From positions 17,997,365 to 18,061,364 of the forward strand of contig NC_092678.1 in the NCBI RefSeq assembly GCF_964355755.1: a stretch of 64,000 nt of DNA, given 5' to 3'. The DNA comes from Antedon mediterranea (Eukaryota > Animalia > Echinodermata). Positions 13,532 to 26,271 of the stretch are shown here, in pieces; within the stretch, counting starts at the first letter, position 1; every line of letters begins with the position of its first letter. Below the pieces are notes generated by a model, which made no database searches, was not told the DNA's origin, and saw only the letters and a program-made list of their open reading frames with translations. Both the position numbers and the translations under genes were made by a program.

Positions 13532-13710
13532 AGTTTGGTTCCCACTAGAACGTAACGCAAGGACGCAAACGCAACGCAAGATTTTTAACCAATGACAAGC
13601 GAAGTTATGGACAGTTAGTAGTCACAAGTGAATAAGTCATCGGTTGTGATTGGTCAATTCACTTGCGTTGCGTTACGTCCTTGTGTTGCGTCGCTAGTGG
13701 GAAGCACGCT
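13532..13710. mobile_element. MITE family A, 179 bp
   Basis: TIRs AGTTTGGTTCCCACTAG / CTAGTGGGAAGCACGCT; flanks TAA / TTA; near-identical inverted copy at 31251-31429. Confidence 0.9.
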
Positions 13711-13960
13711 TTATGTACTGTAGTTGCGGGTCGTTTTTTTCGTATTCCCACCTCGTTTATACTGTTCTCCGAAAGATCCGCTTACACTATACGAATAGAA
13801 AGGACTTGAGAAAAAAATAAAGTACATAATCAGTCATTCTAAACAACCGCGTGCCCAATCACAACGTCACAATTTGTCTTTTAGGTCAAAAGTTAAACAT
13901 TATCGCATCCGATTTGATATAATTTTCCGTTCATTTCTCTCCCCGTTTCCACAGGCAGTT

Positions 13961-14156
13961 TTATCGGTTATTATCGGTAAATTTGTATCGGTTAATTATC
14001 GGTAAATTTGCATTGTTAATTATCGGTAAATTTGCATTGTTAATTATCGGTAAATTTGCATTGTTAATTATCGGTAAATTTGTATCGGTTAATTATCGGT
14101 AAATTTGCATTGTTAATTATCGGTAAATTTGTATCGGTTAATTATCGGTAAATTTT
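13961..14156. repeat. 24/25-bp minisatellite TTATCGGTAAATTTG(CATT/TATCG)GTTAA, ~8 copies
   Basis: Direct reading; two unit variants interspersed. Confidence 0.95.
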
Positions 14157-14350
14157 TGGCCGCTGAAACATGGCCTAAAAGGAAGTAACTTGGGGAGTGT
14201 CAAACATGCGTGACGTCCCTGGATATTTTACTTGGCATCAATTCAAATAATCTAATCTTGATAGAATTAAAGTAAATATGCCTAGGCCTACGTTAAAAGA
14301 ATAATAACTGTATTTCACTTGCTGCATGCCATGTATGGACTGTATTAGTT

Positions 14351-14484
14351 AGTTCTTTCTACGCTATCAAACTTTATGGGATAACAAATGTTGTGCCCAT
14401 AATGTGGACACGATGATGTCATTATAACTACCAATATTGGGCACACCTTTCGTATCAAACTAGTTTGATAGTGTAGACAGAGCT
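14351..14484. mobile_element. MITE family B (TIR AGCTCTGTCTACAC)
   Basis: Ends GTGTAGACAGAGCT; internal GTGCCCATA...TTGGGCAC. Confidence 0.8.
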
Positions 14485-15090
14485 ATATACATTATTAGGT
14501 AGGCCTAATTGGCGAAAGTTGTTATTCAGCAGATCAGAGACATATCAATGAACAGTACAGTCACTATTATGTCTCTGGAATCTATGAAACAGTAACAATC
14601 GTCATGAACCAAACACGTACATTTGAAAGACCAAGGCCCCTGGAAAAACAGGCCCAACAGCGTGGGTAATTGTGGATAGCCAGTCGTGCGTTTGTTCAGT
14701 TACGCTAATAAACCGTAATAAATCGCTAGTGACACACGCTAGCTTCAACTTTTGGCCTCTTTATTTTCTTAGTGTTAATACAATACTCAATATTGAATAG
14801 ACTGGGATTTTCTTTTGTACGATTTAATCTGAACATCTAGATCGGTTCACTGAGCAAAGTATATGACACAAAAAACAGTAAACAAATTTGTTATATCGTC
14901 TGCTTTTAAAATCATTCAATTCAATTTCTTTTATTCCGGAAATTTCATCCATATAAACAAGCTTACAAAATTCGAAACCATAACCTGAAATATAGGATAC
15001 TTCTCCATCTACAATATTTGTGAGTTATGGATTAGGCTATGTTTGCAAACACAAGCAACAAGAATATTACAACTATTCACCATACGTTAA

Positions 15091-15240
15091 AATAATATAA
15101 TATAACAACTTATATAGCGCACATATCCACTAAAAGTGCTCAAGGCGCTAATCACAACACTGTTTGTTTATACTTCATTAATATCATATGCCTCGGCAAA
15201 AAGGTATGATTTTAATGATTTTTTAAAAGAATCACATAAT
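15091..15240 (-). mobile_element. L2/CR1-group LINE 3' fragment
   Basis: - strand DSFKKSLKSYLFAEAY followed by AGCGCCTTGAGCAC...GGATATGTGCGCTATATAAG and a (TAT/ATT)n tail. Confidence 0.7.
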
Positions 15241-16089
15241 ACTCGTTAAAGAAAGGGACACCTGTTCAATAAACATCATACCGGCACTACTGCTTCTAGA
15301 GACATTCAGTATACGGTCCAGAGCATTATTGTAGCATACATTAAGAGATGTAATAGTCTTCATACGATAGTCACACCAAAGGGCAGCACAATAATATTAA
15401 TACACTAAGATCTAAAGAGGCAACATTTAACATTAGTAGGCCTAGTATAGTGATAGGTAAAAAAGGCCATGTTCAGGAAACCGTGATTATTACGTTACAT
15501 GCATGTTATGCGTTTGTGTAGAGAGATATACCAACTTCCTTATTGAAGCGAATACTTTGCGCTGTTGAGTGGCCATAGTATTTTCATATGCCGTAATTTC
15601 GCTCACATTTCGCGCACGTGGTTTGCGTACTAAATCATTTTTCTAACTATACCATATACGTTTTGGTTACTTTAGTAATAGGCACACACGAGGTTAAAGA
15701 AACCAATGGAGAAGGTTAATTTTAATTAAAACTAAACAAATTAATATAAACTTTCTCCTATGTTAGGCCGCCCATTAAATTTATTTTAAGAATTAAATCA
15801 GTCTTCTCGCCTTTTCGGAATGTGTGATTGACAGAATGCTCAGTACAACACTTTGTGTATGAATTGTATGGTATTCCTGTACCAGAAAATATCACTGTAA
15901 ATTTATACCAGCACGTTTGTTTTGCATTAACACATTACAGCCTCTATTTTTGTTCTGTGAACTTTGAATTAGTGCAAGATCATTGTGTGTATTACCATAT
16001 AAGGATAAACTTGTATAATTCACGCTTTTACTGTTTCGTGAAATTATAATCTTAAAAAGAAGTTTACCAGAAACGAATCTAAAAGGCTG

Positions 16090-16202
16090 TTTTTAGTCGT
16101 GTGCAACGCGACTCTAGCTCACTATGTTGGTCGGTTCGTCAGTTGGTCGGTCGGTAAAAACTAACTTAAGCACGCGACCACAGCCATGTATATGGCCTTG
16201 TT
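16090..16202 (+). mobile_element. Helentron-associated HINE/DINE-1-like non-autonomous element
   Basis: TTTTTAGTCGTGTGC 5' end, (GTCG)n microsatellite, inverted GCACGCGAC, 3' hairpin GCCATGTATATGGC then CTTGTT; sits in a T-run. Confidence 0.75.
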
Positions 16203-16454
16203 TGTAATAGTAGCGTCCAATATCTAATAATTCCTTTCAGAGAAATAATGAATGGCGCAATTAACCTACATATTTCGCAACAGTATAGAAATTAAAAGCA
16301 ATATAGAAACTAAATGATAAAGATAATAATGAGCTTTTTGCTGTATCGAAATTAAAAGTAAGACTTAACAATCCATTAACAGATGCAAAGGCAAACACAT
16401 AAACACGATTGAATTGGCAAGGATACACGCATGCGTGTAATACATTATTCTTAA

Positions 16455-16596
16455 AGCTCTGTCTACACGATTAAACTGTATGTGACGAAAACATGTGATG
16501 TGCCCAAATACGGTAGTGCTATGACATCATCATGTCCATATAACATGCACATCACATTTTTTTGGTCACATAAAGTTTGACAGTGTAGACAAGGCT
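16455..16596. mobile_element. MITE family B
   Basis: AGCTCTGTCTACAC ... GTGTAGACAAGGCT; flanks TAA / TAG. Confidence 0.88.
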
Positions 16597-17919
16597 TAGT
16601 GGAAAAAGGTAAAATAATTCGAATAGGCCTATCTTGTGTTTCAATTGGGTAGGCCTAATGGAATTAACGAAAGAAAATGAGCTAAGCCATCATTCACACT
16701 GCTAAGAAGTGCTGTCACTTTTACAGTTTAAATGAATTTGCAAAATATTTAAATTATTTTACTGTCATTATCTAAAATGGGTTGTTAATAATATATATCA
16801 TGAATTTATCATACATAATTAACTCGCAATAGCTGTGTAAAGGTTTCCATATATTGTAAATTATTAATTTTCATATCGGGTCATATTACTAATAGCCCTA
16901 TCTGTTCACACTAACTGTTAATAATGCAATTAGAATAGTCTAAAAAATCAATGACATCGAAGAGTTGCGATACGCTCAATAAATTCTCATGTTTAAAAAT
17001 GAATATTTTGAAATTTAAAAGAACAGGGTGTTTGATTTATTGTTTTTATAATATTTATAGTATATTTTATAAGTCGATGATGCATATTTGGGTGTCACAT
17101 ACACTTACGTCTATTATAAATGTTCACTAGGCTGCTAAGAACACTGTGTCCAACATTTTAGTTTTTTCGACATCGTTTTGCGCCGCGCCTGTATGCAATT
17201 TGAGTTTAATAGTCCAGAGGATGTAATCATTACAAAACAATATCAACGCGGAAGCTATTTTTATACTTTAAGGCTATAGTGTGGACTCCATGCGGAGTTT
17301 TGTCTTAATATTAGTAAAAATATAATTTTTTTTGCACATATGGCGTTTCATACGTGTATTACTTGAGTTTGGATAATTTCCAGACAAAAATCAAAACGAC
17401 AACGTGTGGAATAACATAAAAAAGACAATAAATACAGACTTGGAGCAAGTTTACTTTAAGGCTGACAATATGGAAATTTGTAAACTCGGACTGTGCATGC
17501 GCACACCCCATATCACGTCTGGGGAAAAAGAGTCTAGGTAAACATCTTCAGATAATATTAGGCACTTCAGTCACTTGCACTTCAGTTACGGTACTTGAGA
17601 TTTTCAGTTGACGGCCCATGCACATTACACAAACCATGGAGCTTATTTCTCCATGCACAAACTAACGTAACCAAATATAGCATTTCAGGCTATGAATGAA
17701 TGAATGAATGTACTGCTTCTTAAAAAAAAATTAGTTATAATAAATCACTGTTTCTTAATTTATTAAATAGAATATCTATAAAAGTACAATTTAATGAAGG
17801 AAGAGCTATAATCAAAACTGTCAATGATTCGAGTGGCATTTTTTTTGGTAAGAAATATTTCTTGTTTAAATGTATGCCAGACTCTAGGCCTAGACATTTC
17901 AAATGTTTTGTTTTCACAG

Positions 17920-17961
17920 ATTGAAGAGAAACAATATCGAACTTCCTCCTGTCGGGCGAAA
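17920..17961 (+). other. Candidate 42-nt micro-exon
   Basis: Acceptor GTTTTGTTTTCACAG, donor AAA|GTAAGG; open as IEEKQYRTSSCRAK (phase 0) or LKRNNIELPPVGR. Confidence 0.3.
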
Positions 17962-18544
17962 GTAAGGATATGTATTTTAAAAACAAATAATATCTCTTGT
18001 TTTATTACAGCTGATTGCAACATGTATATATTGTCTCTGACGTCATACTATCTTCCGTTATACGGCATTATTTTTGATTGTTTATTATTCTCTAGTATTA
18101 ATAAAACAAAGAATTATTTTAGTTTTCATTTTCGTTTACTATTTTCGTTTATGACTTGTTGTCTTTGTTTCAAATATCATACGTTAACTAACCAAAACAA
18201 CTTTTATTTTGAGTGTAAAAAATAGTAAGTTTTTCTAAGAATTACATGGCCTGCAACTCCTTGAGCCTGTTATATAGTCTGCTTAACAAGATTGTCCTTC
18301 AGAATGACAAGATAAGTAACTTAATTGTAGGCTGTTGTTAACTGTTTTGCGATACGACACAAGGCGCATGTGTAACGTCCAATACACTGATTATATTGTT
18401 AATATCAAATAGTCTTTTCATTTACATTTGAAGTTGCACGTAGGCAAACTCACGTATTATACGTATCCGTGTTCAATATGTATAAATACGTTTGAATTAA
18501 TAGCTTTTATTTAATAATTGTTTCATGTCTTTTAGGCAATGTGG

Positions 18545-18810
18545 CCAAGGATTACGAATAGTAAATTAATCACTGTCCTGATAGGTGGTAATCCTAATGA
18601 TACAGGGCCTATTTTGTTCACCGGGGTAACCCCTACTCTTCTCGAATAATGAACTACTGGGTTCTCTGAAGTACACACAAGTTTATAGTCCTTATCCGAG
18701 AAGACTTGTTCCACCACCAGAACTAGGAACGAGTCGGCCTCGAACCCTTGCCGATGTTGTTGGCTTTTTAGGTACTGTAAACGGCACCCCTTTCTTAACC
18801 GCTCGGCAGG
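18545..18810 (-). mobile_element. tRNA-derived SINE with Deu/Nin conserved central domain
   Basis: - strand: A box GCCGAGCGG, B box GGTTCGAGGCC, then TCTTCTCGGATAAGGACTATAAAC...GAACCC...TTCGAGAAGAGTAGGGGTTACCCCGGTG, which resembles the DeuSINE/AmnSINE1 core as recalled. Confidence 0.8.
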
Positions 18811-19418
18811 GGCAGATGCTTTTCATTTGGCCATCATTTCACGTAACGTGTGTTTAAACACTACTCCAGTACATTCAATTTTCAAGAATTAATATAGAAA
18901 ATACTGCATTAATTTGAAGACACAGCCTACATACAGTTTGGACGAAGTGCAACGTAATCGACATCGACATACGGATGATCTTCCGCGCGCGCCACCGTGA
19001 TTGATCACATTACTTGTGCTGTGCTTACGTCATTGCGTTTTTTTGTTTTTTTTGTTTGTGTGTATTGTTACAACAGGGGACACTTTGTTAGGTCCCCTTA
19101 TAATAGATGTTCTATAGATACTCACGAAACACCTGTCAATCAGGCAATTTAATGAATGTTGCACAAGGCAAAGATACTAAAAACAAACTCAATATATATA
19201 AGTGCTGCCTGGTGAATAGACACAGCGGGCGATCGATAAGGATCAATAGCTGGGGCATTCTCAACCGTTTAGAGATTGTTTGTTAGAACTGTCAAAATGC
19301 GCGTTTAATTAACGTAAACCTTGAACGGTTCTTTAGCAATGCACAATAATCTATTTAAAATGTGTTTTATTAAATAAAGCATTCGTAATAAATTAAAGTG
19401 AATGTTGGCCTACAATAT

Positions 19419-19597
19419 AGGCCAATTAACACAGACGAGCGGTAACGGGTAATACATATATATAGAATCTATGTAATATGCTATGACCATTTACACAAAG
19501 CGCGGAGCGGACGGGTTCGCTGAGGAAATACAGATTCTATAGGACAAGCTACGCGGTTTTTCGCTTACCGTTACCGCTCGTCGGTGTAAATTGCCCT
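19419..19597. mobile_element. MITE family D, 179 bp
   Basis: ~30-bp TIRs AGGCCAATTAACACAGACGAGCGGTAACGG / CCGTTACCGCTCGTCGGTGTAAATTGCCCT; TSD TAT/TAT. Confidence 0.85.
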
Positions 19598-19924
19598 TAT
19601 AGCAACATTATCATAGGGCAATTTATTTGCAGGGGTACCGTAAATGAACTTTATGCGAAAGAAGACGTGTTAGGATGTTGGTTAGCAATTATACACTATA
19701 AGAGAATAGTCGTGGGCCAAACGCACATCAATTGAGTCTTCTGAAATGTGTTCCAAACAGGCCTAATTATAGTGGATGCAGAAATAAAACTGTTAAACAA
19801 TTTAGTTTTAGTCGTAATCGACATCGACGATGATTTTTCGCGCGCGTCATCATGATTGGTCACATTACTTGCGTTTTGCTTACGTCATTGCGTTGCGTCC
19901 TAGTGGAAACCAAACCAAGTTTAA

Positions 19925-20073
19925 AGCCTGGTTTCTACTAGGACGCATCACACTGTAACGCAAGCGAGTCGACCAGTGACAATCGACAGTTCGAATAATT
20001 CATCGCCAATGATTGGTCAAATCACTTTCGTTGCGTTACGTCCTTGCGATGCGTCTCTAGTGGGAACCAAGTT
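19925..20073. mobile_element. MITE family A copy (adjacent partial copy at ~19813-19913)
   Basis: AGCCTGGTTTCTACTAG ... CTAGTGGGAACCAAGTT; TSD TAA/TAA. Confidence 0.85.
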
Positions 20074-21030
20074 TAAGTGATCATTAAAAAAATATTGTAC
20101 TGCAGTTACTGCAATAATTACATTATTTCCAAAATTAAATGCATGGGGTTTAGTTGGTTTCAATATGAGGCAATCACGGAAAAAAAATAAATTTAAAAAA
20201 GAATTGTAAACAGGTTGAAGAATACAAAATGTGTAGTTGCTGCAGTAACTGCAGTAGAATGCATGTTCCCTAACACAAATATACAGCGAATTCAAAATTT
20301 CCTGCAGTAACAAAAAATTATCATTTTTTGCGTCGTCTGCCTGTCATTGCTCAAATATTCAAATTTGCGGCAACTCTGAGAATTTCCAGAGAGCAATATT
20401 TCATCGTCAGTAATATCTGATATTTTTCTGCATAATAATTTCTGAGATAAGCCGATAATGACATATTAGATTGGATTTGTGTCCCAGGGTGTGGATAAAT
20501 CACGCCAGCGGGCCTAAAGTAGCCAATTTTAGATTTGGCTCCAGGATCATCACAACTCGATCGCTTAGAAATTCAGCTCTCACCTCCGCAGATCCGATAC
20601 AAGTCACCCTGCGGGAAGTAGTAAGGTTAAGCATTATAATAAAACTGTTAGATGTGTCACATCCATTCAGTGTCTATTTTCTGCATTAGCCTAATGGGTT
20701 TGGCTTAATACACACAAATAACATAATAACGTCAGTTTAAAAATATACATATTCCTCTGTCATGTTTATGTTTTAAGTCGCATTTAATTTGATTGTGTTG
20801 TACGTACGGCAATTGTTCTGACATGCACGTGATGATGCCAGATGGTAGGCCTATTCCTGAATCTGAAAGCAAGTTTTGATTAAAATGAAAAACAGAATTA
20901 TAGAATATATATAAATAAATAGTTAATTAATATGCAACGGAATACATGCTTCACTATTGAAGGAATACAACATTGTATGTGTGATATGAAGGAAAAGTGT
21001 GAGACCATAATTTGAGTAAAGACCAACTAA

Positions 21031-21183
21031 GACTGCGTTGTACGACTAGGCCTGATGATACATCTCGTCAGGAGAACATGTTTAATGTTCCCCGACGACC
21101 TGAATGAAAACTACGCCCGACTCTATCTCAAGACGACTCGTCCTGTCGGGATTTTTCGTCGGGCCTCGTTGTACAACGCAGTC
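21031..21183. mobile_element. MITE family E, 153 bp
   Basis: TIRs GACTGCGTTGTAC / GTACAACGCAGTC with extended imperfect pairing; flanks TAA / TGA. Confidence 0.8.
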
Positions 21184-22466
21184 TGACTTCGCCTGTAAGA
21201 AGAAGAAGACACTGAATAGATTGATAATTACATCAGTTTTTGTACACATACGGGAGACGTGTGAGAGAAGATAAGTGAACGCGTGCAGAGAGTGAGGGCG
21301 TATCGATCTTTCGAGATGGAATCTCAGTTATAACAATCCGTTATTTAGCCAGCCCTCAGTCGCAGCCCTATTTTAACTATAGTCGTGTATATTAGTATAC
21401 ATCATCGCATGTGTGGTGCAGCGTTAGACACCGGCATCATATTGTCACGCCTGATGTTGCAACTGCTTTTATTATTTTCGTCCTCTAACAGATGAATTTC
21501 TAGATACAGCATCACATGTGTGATACAACGACACACACCGGCATCATATGTATTGTCAAACATGATGTTGTTAACTAAACATTGTATTCCATACGATTCA
21601 CGGAACATGTCTATGATACGCCTACTTTGACAAATTGATAGGCCTCTTTAGCTTGTCCGGTTGTCCATGTCACACCAGGCAGGTGAGACGATTTAAGGCA
21701 TTTGTGGACAAACCAAGATCTGCTCGCAGAACTCACTCACTCACAAATGTTTGTCTATTTTACACGAGGGAATACCGTCCATATTGAGTATTTAGAATAA
21801 ATATTATTGCAACGTTCTGTGTTTACTGTGTGCATCACGAAACAAAAAAATGAAAGTTCGTTGCATCGGTTTCCTTCGCCAAACTCAGGCAGCTGAATTG
21901 TTTGCACTGTTTAGTTAGTCATCAATCAATAGCAATGCTTTTTACAATATAAAAAGAAAGAAACTGCTTGATTTAAGAGTAAATAATCTCATACCGTCGT
22001 TATATTGAAGCTCCTATTGTCAAGCTTTGAGCCCAGTCATCCCATTTATAATCATTGTCTGTATAGCTTTTTGATTAATATGACAGAAAAATAAATTTCT
22101 TTTTTTTTTTATTTTGTATGCCCCTATATCATTATTTAGTAGAACCCATCCGTTGGGGCGCCCACCCCTATCCAAGAATACTCCATTAAAGGGACGCGAT
22201 TATTTCCCGTGAGACAAACAAGGAGCATGATTTAACCCTACGAACCAAATGGGACATTCCTATGGTGTATTATGGATATTTATCTGAAATAAAACAATTA
22301 TCCCTTTTTTTATTTAGGAGGTTCTTTTGGAGGTTCCTGACTTGCGTCATACGGTACCGTATCAATTTTGATATTCTGGTCTCTATTGCGCGTGCGTGCG
22401 TGCAAATGAGAACCAATGTTGTTCCGCGTATATCGGAATTATTAACATTTATTTGGAAATATATTA

Positions 22467-22592
22467 AGCCTTGTCTACACTATCACACTTTATGTGACAA
22501 AAAAAGTGTCTATATATTATGGATATGATGATGTCATATCACAACCATTTTTGGTCATATCACTACCATATTTGGGAATGCTTAAAAAGTGT
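22467..22592. mobile_element. MITE family B, right end missing
   Basis: AGCCTTGTCTACACTATCACACTTTATGTGACAAAAAA...CACTACCATATTTGGG. Confidence 0.75.
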
Positions 22593-22659
22593 GTGCGGTT
22601 GACTCATTTGTACACGGTGAACCATGTCGTCATTGAAAACATACCTTTTAGTTTTCCCC

Positions 22660-22859
22660 ACATTGGCCGCCTCCCCTGTACATTGGCCGCCTCCCCTGTA
22701 CATTGGCCGCCTCCCCTGTACATTGGCCGCCTCCCCTGTACATTGGCCGCCTCCCCTGTACATTGGCCGCCTCCCCTGTACATTGGCCGCCTCCCCTGTA
22801 CATTGGCCGCCTCCCCTGTACATTGGCCGCCTCCCCTGTACATTGGCCGCCTCCCCTGT
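22660..22859. repeat. Perfect tandem repeat, 10 x 20 bp ACATTGGCCGCCTCCCCTGT
   Basis: Ten identical units read directly. Confidence 0.99.
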
Positions 22860-23344
22860 TCATTCAGCCATCTAGCTTCTGTCAAAATAGTTCAAATAAC
22901 AACTTAACAATTTATTAAGGCACTACTTTTTATCACACATACGAAATATTTCATTCTTTGCTGGAGACCCCCACCAGTGAAACCACGATCATAAATTAGT
23001 GACAAATATGGATATTATGGAGAGTGATATTCTTAATAAGCAATGCCATCTATAAAACGTTCTCCCGCTCCCGGCCGCGATATTTCTTTTCGTACATAAG
23101 TTGGGAGGGTGGGGGAGGGGGGAGGGTGGTGTTGAAACGTCACAAAATCAACATGAGTCATATCCATAAGGTGTGACGTCATAATTGAGCTAGCTGAAAT
23201 TCTCTATTCAAACGCTTTCTGTCGAGCCGTTTGTGTATGGGATTCGAATTCCATGAGCAACTTCTTTTTACTTTATAGTGAGAGCGATTATTTAGAGGGT
23301 TGGGTTTAATTCCTTAATTATACTTTGAATTACAATTTAGACAA

Positions 23345-23478
23345 TGTAACTCCGATTAACCTCAATTTAACTCCGGTAAACCTCACTTTACTCTGGTAAA
23401 CCGCAATTTAACTCCGGTAAACCTCACTTTAACTCCGGTAAAACGCAATATAACTCAGATAAACTACAATTTAACTTT
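23345..23478. repeat. ~21-bp tandem repeat TTAACTCCGGTAAACCTCA(C/A)T, ~6 copies
   Basis: Direct reading. Confidence 0.85.
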
Positions 23479-23700
23479 TAAAGAGAAAGGATCATATAAA
23501 CATAGTCCCTATATGCTTCATGCCATGTGCTATTTTTTGTCTCCTCAGCCAAATACACAACCAGACTTAGGCCTAGAGTTTTTGTTTTCTACGATCAGAT
23601 TTGCATAATGACCAGGTGATGACAGAGGAATGATACAGAGAATTAGGAAGACGATAACACAATACAAGTGTTTTTAGCAACGAAACCACTCTGCTTTTAG

Positions 23701-23731
23701 ATCAAATATACAGACGAATGCACTATTTCCG
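23701..23731 (+). other. Candidate micro-exon
   Basis: Acceptor CTCTGCTTTTAG (alternatives near 23548 and 23599), donor CCG|GTAAGA. Confidence 0.2.
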
Positions 23732-24814
23732 GTAAGATCAACATTTCTTTTTTATCAGCGTTATGTTCCCGGGTCAATAGTTAATGTTATATTTACTTTC
23801 AGTTTCATGTGTTAATGGGCGAACTACTGGTATGTTGTTGGCCTATATTTAATTTGAACTCTCTAGGCGGCTCAAGTGGCAGTCTTGTCCTACAGTTTTA
23901 TACCAGGTAGACAATGTCAACTTTAACGCGTCTTAAACATTATTGCGTCTCACTATCACGTAACGCGTCATAACACCATTATTGCGTCAACATGCTTTAT
24001 GAAGGCGTCATATAATTTTGAAAACATCGAGAATTTAATATCATAAATTCAGGACAGATTATGATTATTAAATTACACTGCTACGATGTTTTGAAAATAA
24101 AAACAGTGGATCTTGGTGGTTTTTTTTTTTGAATATCTTAAAAATCGATTATGCTTGTACATTAGTACGGTAAACCGTGTTATTATATATTATATATATA
24201 TATATAAATACAATATTTGACTTCCATTGAAAGTAATCTCCTTGGTTACATGGTACCCGAACTTTGATTACGACTAATAAATCATAAGGCAGTATGATGT
24301 CACCAATGCCGCGGTTGAATTATTTTCAGAAATTTCACGTTTTATTGCAACAAACAGACTGACATGCTATGCGTGCATAATAAAACCATTACAACTCATG
24401 GGTACCAGTATGTTTCTTTGTAATACGAATATTTATAGAACATTATACAGTGATAAAATCAAACATCCGCTTTGTGTTGCGTAAGGGTACCGTTCGTGCA
24501 ATAGTCAAGCTTCTAGACAGTATTTAGAATAATTATTAGCAAAAAGATAAATATTTTGGCACATACGGCGTTTCATACATATTGAGCTCACAAATGTATT
24601 TCCCTGACAACAATCGAAACGACTTACATAAAAAAAAACACTAAATACAGACTTAGGGGCAAGTCTAATGCAGTTTGTACATTTCGACCATGATTGACTC
24701 CTCCAACGAGACAAGCATGCTGTCATCATTCTTCTACCCTTTAGCATTTTTTAAAATAACACATTTTATAGAAACATTCAAAGTAAAATTATCGAACAGT
24801 TGAGAACAGATTCG

Positions 24815-25019
24815 TGCAGTTACTGCAGTAACTTTTTTTACAAACTGCAATCATTATTTAGATTCAATGTAGAAGAGACAATCAGTGTGAATGAATACAT
24901 TAAAGCTATTGCTAATTAATTTCGTAAACACGTTAAAATAATAAACAAATGTAGTTACTGCAGACAAAATGTAGTTTACAGCAGTAACTGCAGTAAAATA
25001 ATTTTTCACATGGTCTCTA
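24815..25019. mobile_element. Dispersed ACTGCAGTAAC-rich MITE-like repeat (other copies ~20090-20312 and ~33523-33575), hAT-like TAG(G/A)GACCATG ends
   Basis: Repeated GTTACTGCAG/CTGCAGTAAC; end CATGGTCTCTA here versus TAGGGACCATG at 33523. Confidence 0.55.
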
Positions 25020-25630
25020 AACGCAACTATTGGGAAAAGTTTACTAAAAGTTTGGGCCTTTTCCAATCCAACTTACTTTTCTGTTAAACTAATCGTGTGT
25101 AATGTAGGTGTGTAGATAATCTATCAAGTTTTATTACATTATACTTCGCTATGCTAGACACGGACCAGTACTCAATACGTGTATGTTCTACGTTTCAATA
25201 AGTGACGGCCGATTTGTTTCAAAATTCTCATTGGTTGACTATTTAGACTGTCAGTCTCTTAGTCCCTTTGTGATCGACTCTCAATGGTAGTGGAGTCAAA
25301 AGTTAGCATTCGTTTTAAGCTTCTAGAAAACTATTCGCTATTAAATTAGATTAACTTAACTTAACTTTATTTGAACAGACGCTTTTAGAACAGCGGCACA
25401 CGTTTTATGACGGTGCGTTCATAAGTTTAAAGAAAAAGAAAAGGAAATGAATTATACAATAGTTAATTAACAAATTAAAGTATGAAAATAAACTTTAAGA
25501 TCAACGAATACAGTAAACACAAATAGAAATTTAAAAAGATTTACAGAGATGTACACCAGTCTTTCTCTGCAACATTAAATACAATATACAGTGAAAATTA
25601 ATAAACAAAATTATAAAGCAACAATGCAAA

Positions 25631-26271
25631 TTAGCTCTTTTTTAACTCTGATCTTTTTTTCCAGGCAACTTTAAGGAAATTCTTACAGTATTTGTCAAAT
25701 GCTGTCAAGACAGCTTTACTAGGATCCAAGTTAATATCTCCCCCTAAAACTATAGTAGTTTTTTCATTAACATCAGCATTTATAAAATGTTCCCATGTTG
25801 CAGACTCATCCAAATTTTCAAGGTCATTATTTAGCTTCACTAATTGGATCTCCCTTATAGCATTAAAAGCTTGGCAATTAAATAAAAAATGCTGTACATT
25901 TTCTATTTCACCACTCTGACATATAGTGCAGTGGCCAGATATTTCTTTAGACCATTTACAGGTTCGTCCATCTAGAGGTAAAGTGTTGGATCTTAATTTA
26001 AATTTTAAGCTTGCACCTGTGAAATTGGTTTTATCAAGAAGATAACTCTCAAGGCTAGGACTTTCTTTTAGTTTGGAGTAATCTTCAAGGGATGACTTTT
26101 GGTTTATATTATTTAACCAATCCAAAGTGTATGCATCTGCAACATGGTCATCTATGGTTTTAACAGAGAATGAATTAAAAGTATAATTTTCAGTATCAAA
26201 AACTTGTTCAAACATATTTAAGTCTTGGCATTTATCTAAAGTTTCTTTACATAAAGCTAAAAAGTTGTATT
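25631..26271 (-). pseudogene. LINE ORF2 C-terminal part (Zn-binding motif), separated from the main ORF by a 1-bp frameshift near 26272
   Basis: Frame YNFLALCKETLDKCQDLNMFEQ... overlaps the end of the 906-aa ORF; contains KLRSNTLPL and CTICQSGEIENVQHFLFNC. Confidence 0.88.

Noticed and set aside
22494-22918. Six overlapping ORFs with PPPLYIGRLPC/GGGQCTGE repeats
   Set aside because: Artefact of the stop-free perfect 20-bp repeat
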